Shown here piece after piece: positions 9,682 to 18,782 of a DNA stretch of 64,000 nt. How positions within the stretch are numbered: the stretch's first letter is position 1; each line of letters begins with the position of its first letter. This DNA comes from an uncultured Dehalococcoidales bacterium (GTDB taxonomy: Bacteria > Chloroflexota > Dehalococcoidia > GIF9 > AB-539-J10), in NCBI GenBank assembly GCA_964654015.1, contig CAZZHQ010000002.1, forward strand, positions 21,702 through 85,701. Direction: 5' to 3'. The notes beneath the pieces were generated by a model. It worked only from the letters and a program-made list of their open reading frames with translations. It was not told the DNA's origin and searched no databases. The translations under genes and the position numbers were made by a program.

Positions 9682-10404
9682 ATGAATCAGAAAACAATGA
9701 ACAAGCCTTTCTTGATAATAATTGGGCTAATTGTTGTGACTGCTATAGTTTTTTGTGCCGTACCTATGAAGACAATTACATATGTAATTCAAGAAGAATA
9801 TCAAGTTACCGAAACACAACTTGTTAGCAAGCCATACCAGGTAACAGTATCACATTTGGAGAAGATTCCTTATGAAGTAGTGGTTCAAACGAAACCAACA
9901 TATAGTGGCGATAATTTGTTTAATAATGACTATGCTGTAATGGCTGGTAACTATGCGTCGGTTAATAGCGCTATCGGACTGCATGAACGCGACCGCTTAT
10001 CGGGTACAGTTGAAGAATTATCTGGTAAAGATATTACGTTTTATGTTTTTGACTATAATAATTACAATGCTTGGAAATCAGGAGATAGTTATTCATCTTA
10101 CGTATATTTATCCAAAATAACTAGTGGTTCATTCAGTTTTGAACTTCAGTATCCAGGCTATTACTATTTTGTTATGGATAATACCTATTCATTGACTTCA
10201 AATAAAATTGTTTCTTTGATGGTAAATTGGGGCTGGCAATTAGGAACTGAGGGCTACGAAACCCAAACTAGATATAAAAGTGAGCTAAGATATGAATCAG
10301 TTACAGAATATCAAGATGTGGCAGAAAACATCACTGCTACAAGGTATAAAGATGTTACTAAATCTAAGAAGGTTTCTCCATTAGTGTATCTGCTTTACTA
10401 CTAA
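9682..10404 (+). CDS. Membrane-anchored repeat protein, paralog of 8868-9557
   Basis: Same plan as its neighbour: N-terminal TM, YQVTE/YEVVV repeats, a central beta-rich domain, and the tail TRYKDVTKSKKVSPLVYLLYY. Confidence 0.6.
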   Translation: MNQKTMNKPFLIIIGLIVVTAIVFCAVPMKTITYVIQEEYQVTETQLVSKPYQVTVSHLEKIPYEVVVQTKPTYSGDNLFNNDYAVMAGNYASVNSAIGLHERDRLSGTVEELSGKDITFYVFDYNNYNAWKSGDSYSSYVYLSKITSGSFSFELQYPGYYYFVMDNTYSLTSNKIVSLMVNWGWQLGTEGYETQTRYKSELRYESVTEYQDVAENITATRYKDVTKSKKVSPLVYLLYY

Positions 10405-10590
10405 AGTTATGATTTCAAAACAAGCCAATAAGCTATACCATTGAAAATATTCCTTAGTAGAATACGTCATAATTCCGACCTATCCATTCAAAAACTAAAC
10501 TGATAATGTTTGCAGCAATAGTTACCATGTGAGATTATTCCTAGTGCTTCTTCTGAAACTATTTTTCGCTACCACCATTAATTAATAAAT

Positions 10591-10614
10591 ATGCCTATCG
10601 GATTAACTCAGAAA
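10591..10614 (+). repeat. 24-nt element, copy 3 (ATGCCTATCGGATTAACTCAGAAA)
   Basis: Differs from copy 1 at two positions (AGG to GGA). Preceded by ATTAATAAAT. Confidence 0.9.
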
Positions 10615-10790
10615 CCTGATAAAGGGGTACTACATATAGCGTATAGTCAAAACCAGACTTATCTGCTTGGCTCAGGATTAGAATGTGGTAAAATAATGGT
10701 ATGCGTCAAAGACTTAAAAGATTGTATTCACTAGGAGCAATCCCTAGTTGGATTATTATTTTATGGAAGATTGCTGAAGCGGGGGATACA

Positions 10791-11426
10791 ATGAATTCCA
10801 TTATTGATTGGCTCAGCCCTGCTTGGCAATTTCTCTCCTCACCAGTTGGGACTATTGTGTTACTTCTAATTGGATTCGGAATACTTATATATCTTGTGGT
10901 TAAGCCAGAAAAGAAGCAAGGTAAAACGGCAACCGACTTACCGTCACGGGGAATTAAGGAAATTCCTTCTTTGCCTGAGCAAGAATTGTTATCTGATTTG
11001 AAGAGAATGCCTAAAGGGATGCGAGGAAGGGTTACACGATGGGATTTCTCTGGCATATACAATCGGGAACCATACTTTGATGTCTCTATGGAATTAACTA
11101 ACACCACAATATTCACGTTTAGCCTTAGAAGTCTTTCAGGGTTTATGAAAATAGCAGAAGAGCCGTGCTCAAACCCACCACAGGTATCAACTCGTTTTAG
11201 TATAAAGAGAGACGAACCTGCTGATATTCGTGTTCGTCAACCTATTGCTCCAAAAACGGTGGCCATTATACAAGACGCCGGGAACAACAACAAAGAGATT
11301 GAGTTTCATCTGGGTGAAGTAGTATTTGCAATTGAAAACGACACTAACGGATATGAGCAATACAAGCCCTATCTTACTGGTGGTATTTATGATATTGTGC
11401 CAAAAGATGGGTTGAAAAACAGATAA
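10791..11426 (+). CDS. Hypothetical membrane-anchored protein enclosed by inverted copies 3 and 4
   Basis: The ORF track gives 10701-11426. The ATG at 10791 is preceded by GGGGGA and gives an N-terminal TM protein (MNSIIDWLSP...). No family recognised. Confidence 0.5.
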   Translation: MNSIIDWLSPAWQFLSSPVGTIVLLLIGFGILIYLVVKPEKKQGKTATDLPSRGIKEIPSLPEQELLSDLKRMPKGMRGRVTRWDFSGIYNREPYFDVSMELTNTTIFTFSLRSLSGFMKIAEEPCSNPPQVSTRFSIKRDEPADIRVRQPIAPKTVAIIQDAGNNNKEIEFHLGEVVFAIENDTNGYEQYKPYLTGGIYDIVPKDGLKNR

Positions 11427-11457
11427 ACTATGCCACATGTAGTGGTATTATGAAAAA

Positions 11458-11480
11458 TTCTGAGTTAATCCGATAGGCAT
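11458..11480 (-). repeat. 24-nt element, copy 4 (inverted, 23 of 24 positions)
   Basis: TTCTGAGTTAATCCGATAGGCAT is the reverse complement of copy 3. It is followed by ATTAATAAAT. Confidence 0.9.
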
Positions 11481-11667
11481 ATTAATAAATATTGTCTCTT
11501 AAGTTGCGTGAGCCTATTAGAAGCAACATGCGGTTTCATTTATCATAGAAAAATCAAGTCTCTCTTCAGTTCTTTAATAAGCTAGAATTAATGATTCTAT
11601 TGTACTCTCTATATATCTTGGGTGGAAGACTGCGATCTAATCGCGAATGTTACATATTTGTTTTCTA

Positions 11668-12789
11668 CTATGTCCCCTTATTCTGCTTGAACTGTTTGCT
11701 CTTCTCGAAAATTTCTAGTTTTGCCTCGTGGCGTTGATATCCAAAGGGCCCGGAGCGCAGAGCAGAAAGGCTTTGCTCAACATCTTCCCTTTTTCTGGTA
11801 GCTTCACCTTCACTTAAATAACCAAGTTTTTGTGCCATGTCTATTCCTGCCAGTTTTCCTTCTTCCATAGCTGTGCTCGCTTCTTCTACCCCGGAGGCAT
11901 CTCCAGCGACATAGATTCCTTCAATTGATGTTTCCATATCTTCATTATGAACGGGTAAATGCCCCCCTAAAACCGAGGAAAAAACCAGCTCGCAGCCAGC
12001 TATTTGGGCTAACCTGGTTGAGGGGTGAAGCCCGGTGGCGATGCACACACTATCCGCGGCAATAGTTCTTTCTGTGCCCTCGATTGCTTTCCAGTTACTG
12101 TCTAAATTAACGATGACAACCTCTTCCACCTCCATATTCCCTCGTACTTCTTTAATGGTGGTAGATGCAAGGATTGGCACACCGGCCCTGACGATTTTAC
12201 TGGCGTGAACCTGGTAGCCTCCGACCTTTGGAAGCGCCTCAACAATAGCCAGTACCTCGGCTCCAGCCTGCAACAGTTGATAGCTGATGATTAATCCCAC
12301 GTTGCCTGACCCCAAAACAACAAATCTGTGACCAGGAAGAACACGGCTGATGTTAATCATGGTCTGAGCTGCTCCGGCTCCCATCACCCCGGGGAGAGTC
12401 CAACCAGGGAAAACAATAGAGTTTTCAATGGCACCGGTTGCCAGAAGGATTTTTTCCCCTTGAATTCGTTGGATGTTCCCATCTTTTTCTATTGCCAGTG
12501 TTTTGTTATCGTAGATACCGTAAGCCACGGAATCGAGGAGGATATCTACCCCTGAATCCCTGGTTTGCTCCAATAGCTGCATACCAATATCAAAACCACG
12601 TGTACCAGCCTTGTGCTCCTTCGAACCGAAAAACTTGTGTATTTGCTTGAATAGTTGTCCACCTGGCTGTTTATTTTCATCTATTAAACTGACACTTGCC
12701 CCGGCCCCGGCGGCCTCAATAGCACAGGTCAGTCCGGCAGGGCCGCTCCCTATTACTATGACATCGTACTCTTTCAACTTTTCCCCCAC
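11668..12789 (-). CDS. FAD/NAD(P)-dependent pyridine nucleotide-disulfide oxidoreductase family subunit
   Basis: VIVIGSGPAGL and VVLGSGNVG dinucleotide-binding motifs. It is the last gene of a four-gene operon. Confidence 0.75.
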   Translation of the reverse strand: MGEKLKEYDVIVIGSGPAGLTCAIEAAGAGASVSLIDENKQPGGQLFKQIHKFFGSKEHKAGTRGFDIGMQLLEQTRDSGVDILLDSVAYGIYDNKTLAIEKDGNIQRIQGEKILLATGAIENSIVFPGWTLPGVMGAGAAQTMINISRVLPGHRFVVLGSGNVGLIISYQLLQAGAEVLAIVEALPKVGGYQVHASKIVRAGVPILASTTIKEVRGNMEVEEVVIVNLDSNWKAIEGTERTIAADSVCIATGLHPSTRLAQIAGCELVFSSVLGGHLPVHNEDMETSIEGIYVAGDASGVEEASTAMEEGKLAGIDMAQKLGYLSEGEATRKREDVEQSLSALRSGPFGYQRHEAKLEIFEKSKQFKQNKGT

Positions 12790-13679
12790 TTTCCTCTACC
12801 GTATTGCGTCTCTATTACCATCCCCTCTGCAACAGGGGTGACACATGTCCTTACATTAGGGATACCATCTACAATCATGACACAATCGGTACACTGCCCG
12901 ATGCCACAGAAAAGCCCTCTTGGTTGGTTATATCTGGCGCTAAATCTATTAACTCTGATGCCCACAGCAAGAAGAGCAGCCAGTATCATCTCCCCTTCCA
13001 TCGCCTTTATTATTTTGTTGTCTACAGTTATCGTCACTGTCTCCTCTGCGTCTTGTCGACTCAGGATTGGATGCTCCGAAATGCGCGTTTTGTATTCGTT
13101 TTCTTTTTTGTCACAGGAATCGTTTCTTCCCGGGTAGTCAGCTTGTTTTATAGATATGCCCCGGACAAGCAGGGCGTATCTTCTGGGGATAGAGATACTT
13201 ATGACAGGAGTGTGCCCGTTTATCGGTTTATCAATAATCTTAACTACCTTTCCCCTGCAAATTTCTTTCCCTTCTCTATCTGAAGCAGGTACTTCTTCTC
13301 CAATCATGGGTAATGGAAAATACTCAAAGGGGAAAGAAATCAAAGCTGATTCATGGTCATAGGTTAAATCAATTACGAATATAGCCAAACCAGGGCAGGA
13401 GCTTATGCAAATACCACAGCCTGTACATTTATCCTCATCCAGTACCGGCAGATTATTGATGGAGGCTCCAATCGTAATCGCCCCAAAGGCGCAAGCGGCT
13501 TCACAGGGGTTGCAGGGAATTTCCTGGATGCATTCAATTACGGCAACAGGCCCTTTTCGGAGCCTTTCAACTCCGGGGTATCCCGGACTTTTTTCAAGTT
13601 CCTCCGGGCTGGGGACTCCTCCCGAGGAGGCTCCCTTACTTGTCCACGATAGCAGTTGATTATTCTTGTCCATTTCCAA
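12774..13679 (-). CDS. Fe-S subunit with a 2x[4Fe-4S] ferredoxin-like region plus a C-terminal 2Fe-2S domain
   Basis: Contains CNPCEAAC, CTGCGICISSCP and C-terminal CGIGQCTDC...RTC cysteine clusters. Confidence 0.7.
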   Translation of the reverse strand: MEMDKNNQLLSWTSKGASSGGVPSPEELEKSPGYPGVERLRKGPVAVIECIQEIPCNPCEAACAFGAITIGASINNLPVLDEDKCTGCGICISSCPGLAIFVIDLTYDHESALISFPFEYFPLPMIGEEVPASDREGKEICRGKVVKIIDKPINGHTPVISISIPRRYALLVRGISIKQADYPGRNDSCDKKENEYKTRISEHPILSRQDAEETVTITVDNKIIKAMEGEMILAALLAVGIRVNRFSARYNQPRGLFCGIGQCTDCVMIVDGIPNVRTCVTPVAEGMVIETQYGRGKWGKS

Positions 13680-13729
13680 CCCTTTCTGCAGTTGTTAAAC
13701 CTCTTCCCCTTTTGGATTTGTGCGGCATT

Positions 13730-14929
13730 CTAGCCTGATTCATTTTCCATGCCTTTAAATCTTGAAAAACATAAGGCATCGATTGGCATTGAAGTCTTGT
13801 TTTCTGTTATTAATTCCGATATGAATTTACCTGTTAGAGGAGCAAGTGTAACTCCTTTTCCGGCATGCCCCGTAGCTATAAGGAAACCCGAAAGATTATC
13901 TACTTTACTTATAATCGGGTGGTCATCCGCGTAACAGAACGGTCTAAATCCGGCATATGTTCTAATACAATTGACCTCTTTATATTTGTGCAGGAATTTA
14001 ATCATCCTTTTTGCCAGATAACTTGTTGCCTCCATTGTTCCCTGATTATTATAACCGGCAAAATCACGACTACTTCCTATGGTCCAGGTTCCGGTATTTT
14101 TTTGGACATAGTTTCCTGCTACTCCCAGTCTCGTCCTCAGATCTGTAGATTTTGCTGCTGCCTCAGCATTAAATGCTATCGATAAATAATCGGCGTCACA
14201 AATATACTTCCACCTTTCATTGAAAGGAAGTGGTTCTGTCACTATAATTTGCCCCCGTTGTGGCTTGACTGGAATAGTGAGGCCCACCATTTGCCCGATT
14301 TCTGGAGACCAGGCGCCGGCGGCAGTTACAATATAATCAGTAGTTATTCTCCCTTTGTCAGTAACAACTGCTGTTATCCTGTTTTCTTTTATCTCGATTT
14401 TATAAATATTTGTAGCAAGAAGAAATTCCGCCCCCATTTTTCTGGCGGCGTATGCGAATCCATGAGTCACCTTGAATGGATTTACTGTTCCACTCTCCCA
14501 TTCTTCTATTCCCGCAACTACATCATCTCCGATGACAGGTTCCAGTTTCCTGATCTCGTCTCCTTCCAGTATACGGATGTTTACTCCTTTTTCTTGCATC
14601 TTCTGGGCATGCTTTTCAAAATGTGGACGTTGCTTTTCGTCAACGCTACATATCAGTAATCCAGTCTGTTCATAGTCAACATCATATCCGATTTCCTGGG
14701 ATAAAGATTTATACAACCTGGCACTTTCCCTTATTAGACCAAGCAATGGTGATTCAGGTAGAGAAAGTGCGACAGGAACTCCGCCCTGGTTGGAGCCTGA
14801 GGCTCCAAGACATAGTCCTTCCCTTTTTTCTATTAAAGTTACCTTTGCGCCCCTTTTTGCCAGATGGTAGGCTACCGAGCACCCAATGACTCCTCCTCCG
14901 ATAACTACTACATCTGCTGCTTTGTTCAA
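13730..14929 (-). CDS. DAO-family FAD-dependent oxidoreductase (sarcosine oxidase beta / proline dehydrogenase beta / opine oxidase B-like)
   Basis: N-terminal DVVVIGGGVIGCSVAYHLAKRG, 399 aa, with operon context. Confidence 0.8.
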   Translation of the reverse strand: MNKAADVVVIGGGVIGCSVAYHLAKRGAKVTLIEKREGLCLGASGSNQGGVPVALSLPESPLLGLIRESARLYKSLSQEIGYDVDYEQTGLLICSVDEKQRPHFEKHAQKMQEKGVNIRILEGDEIRKLEPVIGDDVVAGIEEWESGTVNPFKVTHGFAYAARKMGAEFLLATNIYKIEIKENRITAVVTDKGRITTDYIVTAAGAWSPEIGQMVGLTIPVKPQRGQIIVTEPLPFNERWKYICDADYLSIAFNAEAAAKSTDLRTRLGVAGNYVQKNTGTWTIGSSRDFAGYNNQGTMEATSYLAKRMIKFLHKYKEVNCIRTYAGFRPFCYADDHPIISKVDNLSGFLIATGHAGKGVTLAPLTGKFISELITENKTSMPIDALCFSRFKGMENESG

Positions 14930-15201
14930 CTCTCGTTTCCTTTTTCTTGAGCCAGAGCCTCCAGTTTAATTGGTTTTGTAGGAGGGCGACTGCTTAGTGG
15001 CTGGACATGGTTCATCCCCCTGTTCGTTTCTTGCGCCATTATTCTTCTTATTAAAGGCTCACAGGACCTCCCCTGGCATAAACCCATCCCCGCGCCTGTT
15101 AATCTTTTAACTTCGTCTACCGACCGGAGGTCGAATTGCCTGATAGCATCTCGTATCTCTTGCTCAGTAACCTCTTCGCACCTGCAGATAATATTGTCCA
15201 T
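14926..15201 (-). CDS. Small BFD-like [2Fe-2S]-binding protein
   Basis: ICRCEEVT...GLCQGRSC cysteine pattern. Its stop overlaps the start of the DAO gene. Confidence 0.7.
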   Translation of the reverse strand: MDNIICRCEEVTEQEIRDAIRQFDLRSVDEVKRLTGAGMGLCQGRSCEPLIRRIMAQETNRGMNHVQPLSSRPPTKPIKLEALAQEKGNES

Positions 15202-15456
15202 CTTCCAGTTGCTCGCTCCTTACTATTGTTCTTGATTGAAAATTTATCACGGTTACAGTATCCGATACATGCCCTCTCTGTAAAGACCAATAATGGTTCT
15301 GGATTATTGTTTCTAATAAAACAGGTATTGCTTTTGTATTTCAGTCTCCGTGATAGATTGTTATTCCAACTTATTCTCTGCTGTTTCATGTTTTTATCAG
15401 ACAGTGTAAAATCCCTCAATAAGAGGTGTTGAATCAATGGCAATAAGGAGGAGAGG

Positions 15457-16506
15457 ATGTCTCAGATTAAAGGACCTGCACTTTTCCTGTCTCAGTTTGT
15501 TGGTAACGAACCCCCTTTTAACACGCTGGAAGGAATAACCGCGTGGGCAAAATCCCTGGGATACCTGGGAGTGCAGATTCCAGCTCCAGTAAAACAGCTT
15601 ATGGATCTGGATAAGGCAGCGGAATCCAAAGATTACTGCGATGAACTGAAAGGCAGTTGCCACGAGCTTGTTATCACGGAACTGGCTGCCCAGCGCTACG
15701 GGCAGCTTGTCGCTGTTCATCCTGCCTATAACGAAGTGATGGATAATTTTGCTTCTCCACACGTCAGAGGTAATCCCCCAAAACGCTCAGAATGGGCAAT
15801 AGAGCAGTTGAAGAAGACAATAAAGGCATCCCGAAACATGGGCTTAACTGTGGTTCCTACTTTCAGTGGTTCGCTGCTCTGGCCTTATCTCTATCCCTAT
15901 CCTCCGAGACCCGATGGACTGGTTGAACTGGCCTTTCAGGAACTGGCAAAACGATGGAAGCCTGTTCTTGATTACGCCGAGGAAAATGGAGTTGACCTCG
16001 CTTATGAAGTTCATCCTAATGAAGATGTTCATGACGGTATCACCTTTGAGAGATTTCTCCAGGCGAGCGGAAATCACAGGAGGGTTAACATATTGTACGA
16101 CCCCTCTCATCTCTTGTTGCAATGCCTGGATTACGTCGGTTATATAACCTGTTACGGCGACTATATTAAGGCTTTTCACGTGAAAGATGCAGAGTTCCGA
16201 CCATCTCCCCGGAGTGGGGTCTATGGTGGCTACCAGGAATGGAAAGACCGCCCCGGACGTTTCAGGAGCCTCGGCGACGGACAGGTTGATTTCAAACAGA
16301 TTTTTAGCAAACTCACAGAGATTGGTTTTAGCTCCTGGGCAGTACTGGAATGGGAATGCTGCATAAAGTCGTCGGAACAGGGGGCACGTGAAGGAGCCGA
16401 ATTCATCAACTCCATGTTGATAGACAGTACGGAAAGGGCGTTTGATGATTTTGCAAGAGGCAAGGCAAGCCTCGAAACGAATAAACGAATGCTGGGAATG
16501 GAGTAA
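15457..16506 (+). CDS. Sugar phosphate isomerase/epimerase (xylose isomerase-like TIM barrel)
   Basis: 349 aa with AYEVHPNE and HVKD motifs typical of the AP_endonuc_2 fold. AGGAGGAG lies upstream. Confidence 0.7.
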   Translation: MSQIKGPALFLSQFVGNEPPFNTLEGITAWAKSLGYLGVQIPAPVKQLMDLDKAAESKDYCDELKGSCHELVITELAAQRYGQLVAVHPAYNEVMDNFASPHVRGNPPKRSEWAIEQLKKTIKASRNMGLTVVPTFSGSLLWPYLYPYPPRPDGLVELAFQELAKRWKPVLDYAEENGVDLAYEVHPNEDVHDGITFERFLQASGNHRRVNILYDPSHLLLQCLDYVGYITCYGDYIKAFHVKDAEFRPSPRSGVYGGYQEWKDRPGRFRSLGDGQVDFKQIFSKLTEIGFSSWAVLEWECCIKSSEQGAREGAEFINSMLIDSTERAFDDFARGKASLETNKRMLGME

Positions 16507-16511
16507 AACGA

Positions 16512-17693
16512 ATGGAAAGCCGAAAACTACGTGGTGGAATGGTAGGCGGTGGTAGGGGCTCAAAGATTGGGGCTGTACATCGCATGGCAGCAACGATAGA
16601 CGGGCAGGCTGAGATTGTGGCAGGGGTCTTCTCTTCAAACCCTGAAAAATCGAGGAGCTTTGCGGAAGAACTATACCTGGATTCTTCCCGGGCATATTCG
16701 AATTATCGGGAGATGGCGGAAAAGGAGAGTGCCCTCCCTGCCGGGGAGAGGATTGATTTTGTCTCCATAGCAACGCCCAATGCATCTCATTTCGATAATG
16801 CCAGGACCTTTCTGGAGGCAGGGTTCAATGTCATCTGTGACAAGCCTATGACCTGCAGGCTGGCGGAGGCGCAGGAGTTAAAAGCAATGGTTGCTAGCTC
16901 GGGAAAAGTTTTTGCCCTGACCTATACTTATACTGGTTATCCCATGGTTAAACATGCCCGTTATATGATTCAGCAGGGACTGCTTGGTAAAATCGTTAAG
17001 GTGGTAGCGGCATATCGCCAGACATGGGTGGCGAGGCTTCTTCAGTCAGAGGATAGTTCGCTGGATATCTGGCGTCTTGACCCCAACAAAGCGGGGATTT
17101 CCTGTTGCATAGCCGATATTGGAATTCATGCGGAAAACCTGGTTCATTATGTAACGGGTCTGGAAATTGAAGAACTTTGTGCTGATTTATCCAGCTTTGT
17201 GCCGGGAAATTTGCTGGACAATGACGCCAGCATTTTGCTGCATTATAAGGGGGGAAGCAAGGGGGTTATGCATGTTTCTCAGGTATATGCAGGTGAGGAG
17301 AATAATCTAAGTATCCAGGTTTACGGAACAAAACAGAGCCTGTCCTGGAACCAGGAGAATCCAGATTACCTGGTATGCAAGACACTGGATGGATACTCAA
17401 GCACTTATACAAAAGGTTCCAGAGGAAGCAGGGTTATATGTGATGAGGCGCGTAATGCCAGTCGTTTGGCTCTGGGTCATCCCGAGGGATTCATTGAGGC
17501 ATTTGCCAATATCTACCTTGGGGCTTTTAATGATATTCGAGCGCAACTGGCAAATCAGCCAATTCTTGCTGGTGACTACCCCACCATCGATGACGGAGTG
17601 AACAGTATGGCTTTTGTTGAAACCGTGGTTGCCAGTGCAAAGTCCGATGAGAAATGGGTCAGGATGAAAGGTGACGGTGCCGTTGGTCGTTAA
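16512..17693 (+). CDS. Gfo/Idh/MocA-family NAD(P)-dependent oxidoreductase
   Basis: N-terminal Rossmann region (GMVGGG...), an ATPN..H motif and CDKP. It lies 5 nt downstream of the isomerase gene. Confidence 0.8.
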   Translation: MESRKLRGGMVGGGRGSKIGAVHRMAATIDGQAEIVAGVFSSNPEKSRSFAEELYLDSSRAYSNYREMAEKESALPAGERIDFVSIATPNASHFDNARTFLEAGFNVICDKPMTCRLAEAQELKAMVASSGKVFALTYTYTGYPMVKHARYMIQQGLLGKIVKVVAAYRQTWVARLLQSEDSSLDIWRLDPNKAGISCCIADIGIHAENLVHYVTGLEIEELCADLSSFVPGNLLDNDASILLHYKGGSKGVMHVSQVYAGEENNLSIQVYGTKQSLSWNQENPDYLVCKTLDGYSSTYTKGSRGSRVICDEARNASRLALGHPEGFIEAFANIYLGAFNDIRAQLANQPILAGDYPTIDDGVNSMAFVETVVASAKSDEKWVRMKGDGAVGR

Positions 17694-17737
17694 TAGTGAT
17701 ATGATATTAACAGGACAATTTAATAAGGAAATTAAGA

Positions 17738-18244
17738 ATGAATCTTAAAGCGTTACAAAAAATAAGTTATGGACTGTATATCGTCTGTTCAGTGCAGGGG
17801 GATAAACTGAACGGGCAGATTGCAAACGCGGTTATGCAGGTGTCCTCTGAGCCACCAACTATAGCAATAAGCATAAACAAGCATAATCTCACCCATGAAT
17901 TTATCGCTGGGAGTAAAGTCTTTTCTGTTTCGATTCTGTGCCAGGAAACACCAATGACGTTTATCGGGCGCTTCGGTTTCAGGTCGGGCAGAGAGCTCAA
18001 TAAACTGGAAGGGGTAGATTATTTAACCGGCAGCACGCTGGCTCCAGTCGTTACTGAAAATGCAGTAGCTTATCTGGAGGCAAGGGTAATTCACAAGGTG
18101 GACGTTAATACTCACACCCTGTTTGTTGGAGAGCTTGTTAATGCTGATATTGTTAGCGAGAAAACGTGCATGAGCTATGATTATTATCATGAAGTTAAAC
18201 GCGGTAAGACACCTGTCAATGCGCCGAATTATATAAAACAGTAA
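17738..18244 (+). CDS. Flavin reductase family protein (FMN-binding split barrel)
   Basis: 168 aa with the typical YGLYIV...N..MQVS..PP pattern. Confidence 0.7.
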   Translation: MNLKALQKISYGLYIVCSVQGDKLNGQIANAVMQVSSEPPTIAISINKHNLTHEFIAGSKVFSVSILCQETPMTFIGRFGFRSGRELNKLEGVDYLTGSTLAPVVTENAVAYLEARVIHKVDVNTHTLFVGELVNADIVSEKTCMSYDYYHEVKRGKTPVNAPNYIKQ

Positions 18245-18258
18245 AGGAAGGTATATAA

Positions 18259-18519
18259 ATGTCTAGTAGAAAGAGTTTTACGACTGAAGAGGCAAAAGAA
18301 ATAGGTGAAAAACTGGGAATTGATTGGAGCAGATTTGATGTCGAGCAGTACCGGATGGGACTTGATATAGAGCTTGAACACGGTAAAATCGACCCACATA
18401 CCAATGTCACCGGTGACGACCCGATACTGACCGGTAAGATAGCCCTGGCTCATCTTAATGAGATAACAGATTATTACACCAGGCTTGCCGAGATGGAAGA
18501 GGAAGCTGAAGGGAAGTAG
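18259..18519 (+). CDS. Small conserved hypothetical protein
   Basis: 86-aa acidic ORF with GGAAGG upstream. No confident family assignment. Confidence 0.5.
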   Translation: MSSRKSFTTEEAKEIGEKLGIDWSRFDVEQYRMGLDIELEHGKIDPHTNVTGDDPILTGKIALAHLNEITDYYTRLAEMEEEAEGK

Positions 18520-18782
18520 AATCTATTGCCCGCTGAGGCAGGAACGACTACGTGATTCAGGGGTAGTCTGGCCTGTGTCTTTGCTTGTAAATCAAACAAG
18601 GAACATAAACTCGGGTAGTGCCGCAGGGTTTCAGTCGGTATTTCTCATTATCTGAGGCATGGCTTAGTATCACAGGGATTATTTCAAGTCTATTGCTGGC
18701 TGATTTTCGGGGCTACCCGTGAGCTTTGAGTGCTATGATATACCGCAATAGCGATTTATGGAGGAGGCAACAAGGAGGAAAA

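Noticed and set aside
15844-16785. A 313-aa minus-strand ORF, one of many 60-160-aa antisense ORFs in the six-frame track. Other examples are 5573-5972, 12804-13283, 14249-14659, 26374-26811, 33204-33695 and 36813-37322.
   Set aside because: These lie antisense to, or out of frame within, well-supported genes with clear family motifs. They have low-complexity or odd composition and no ribosome-binding sites. I treat them as shadow ORFs.
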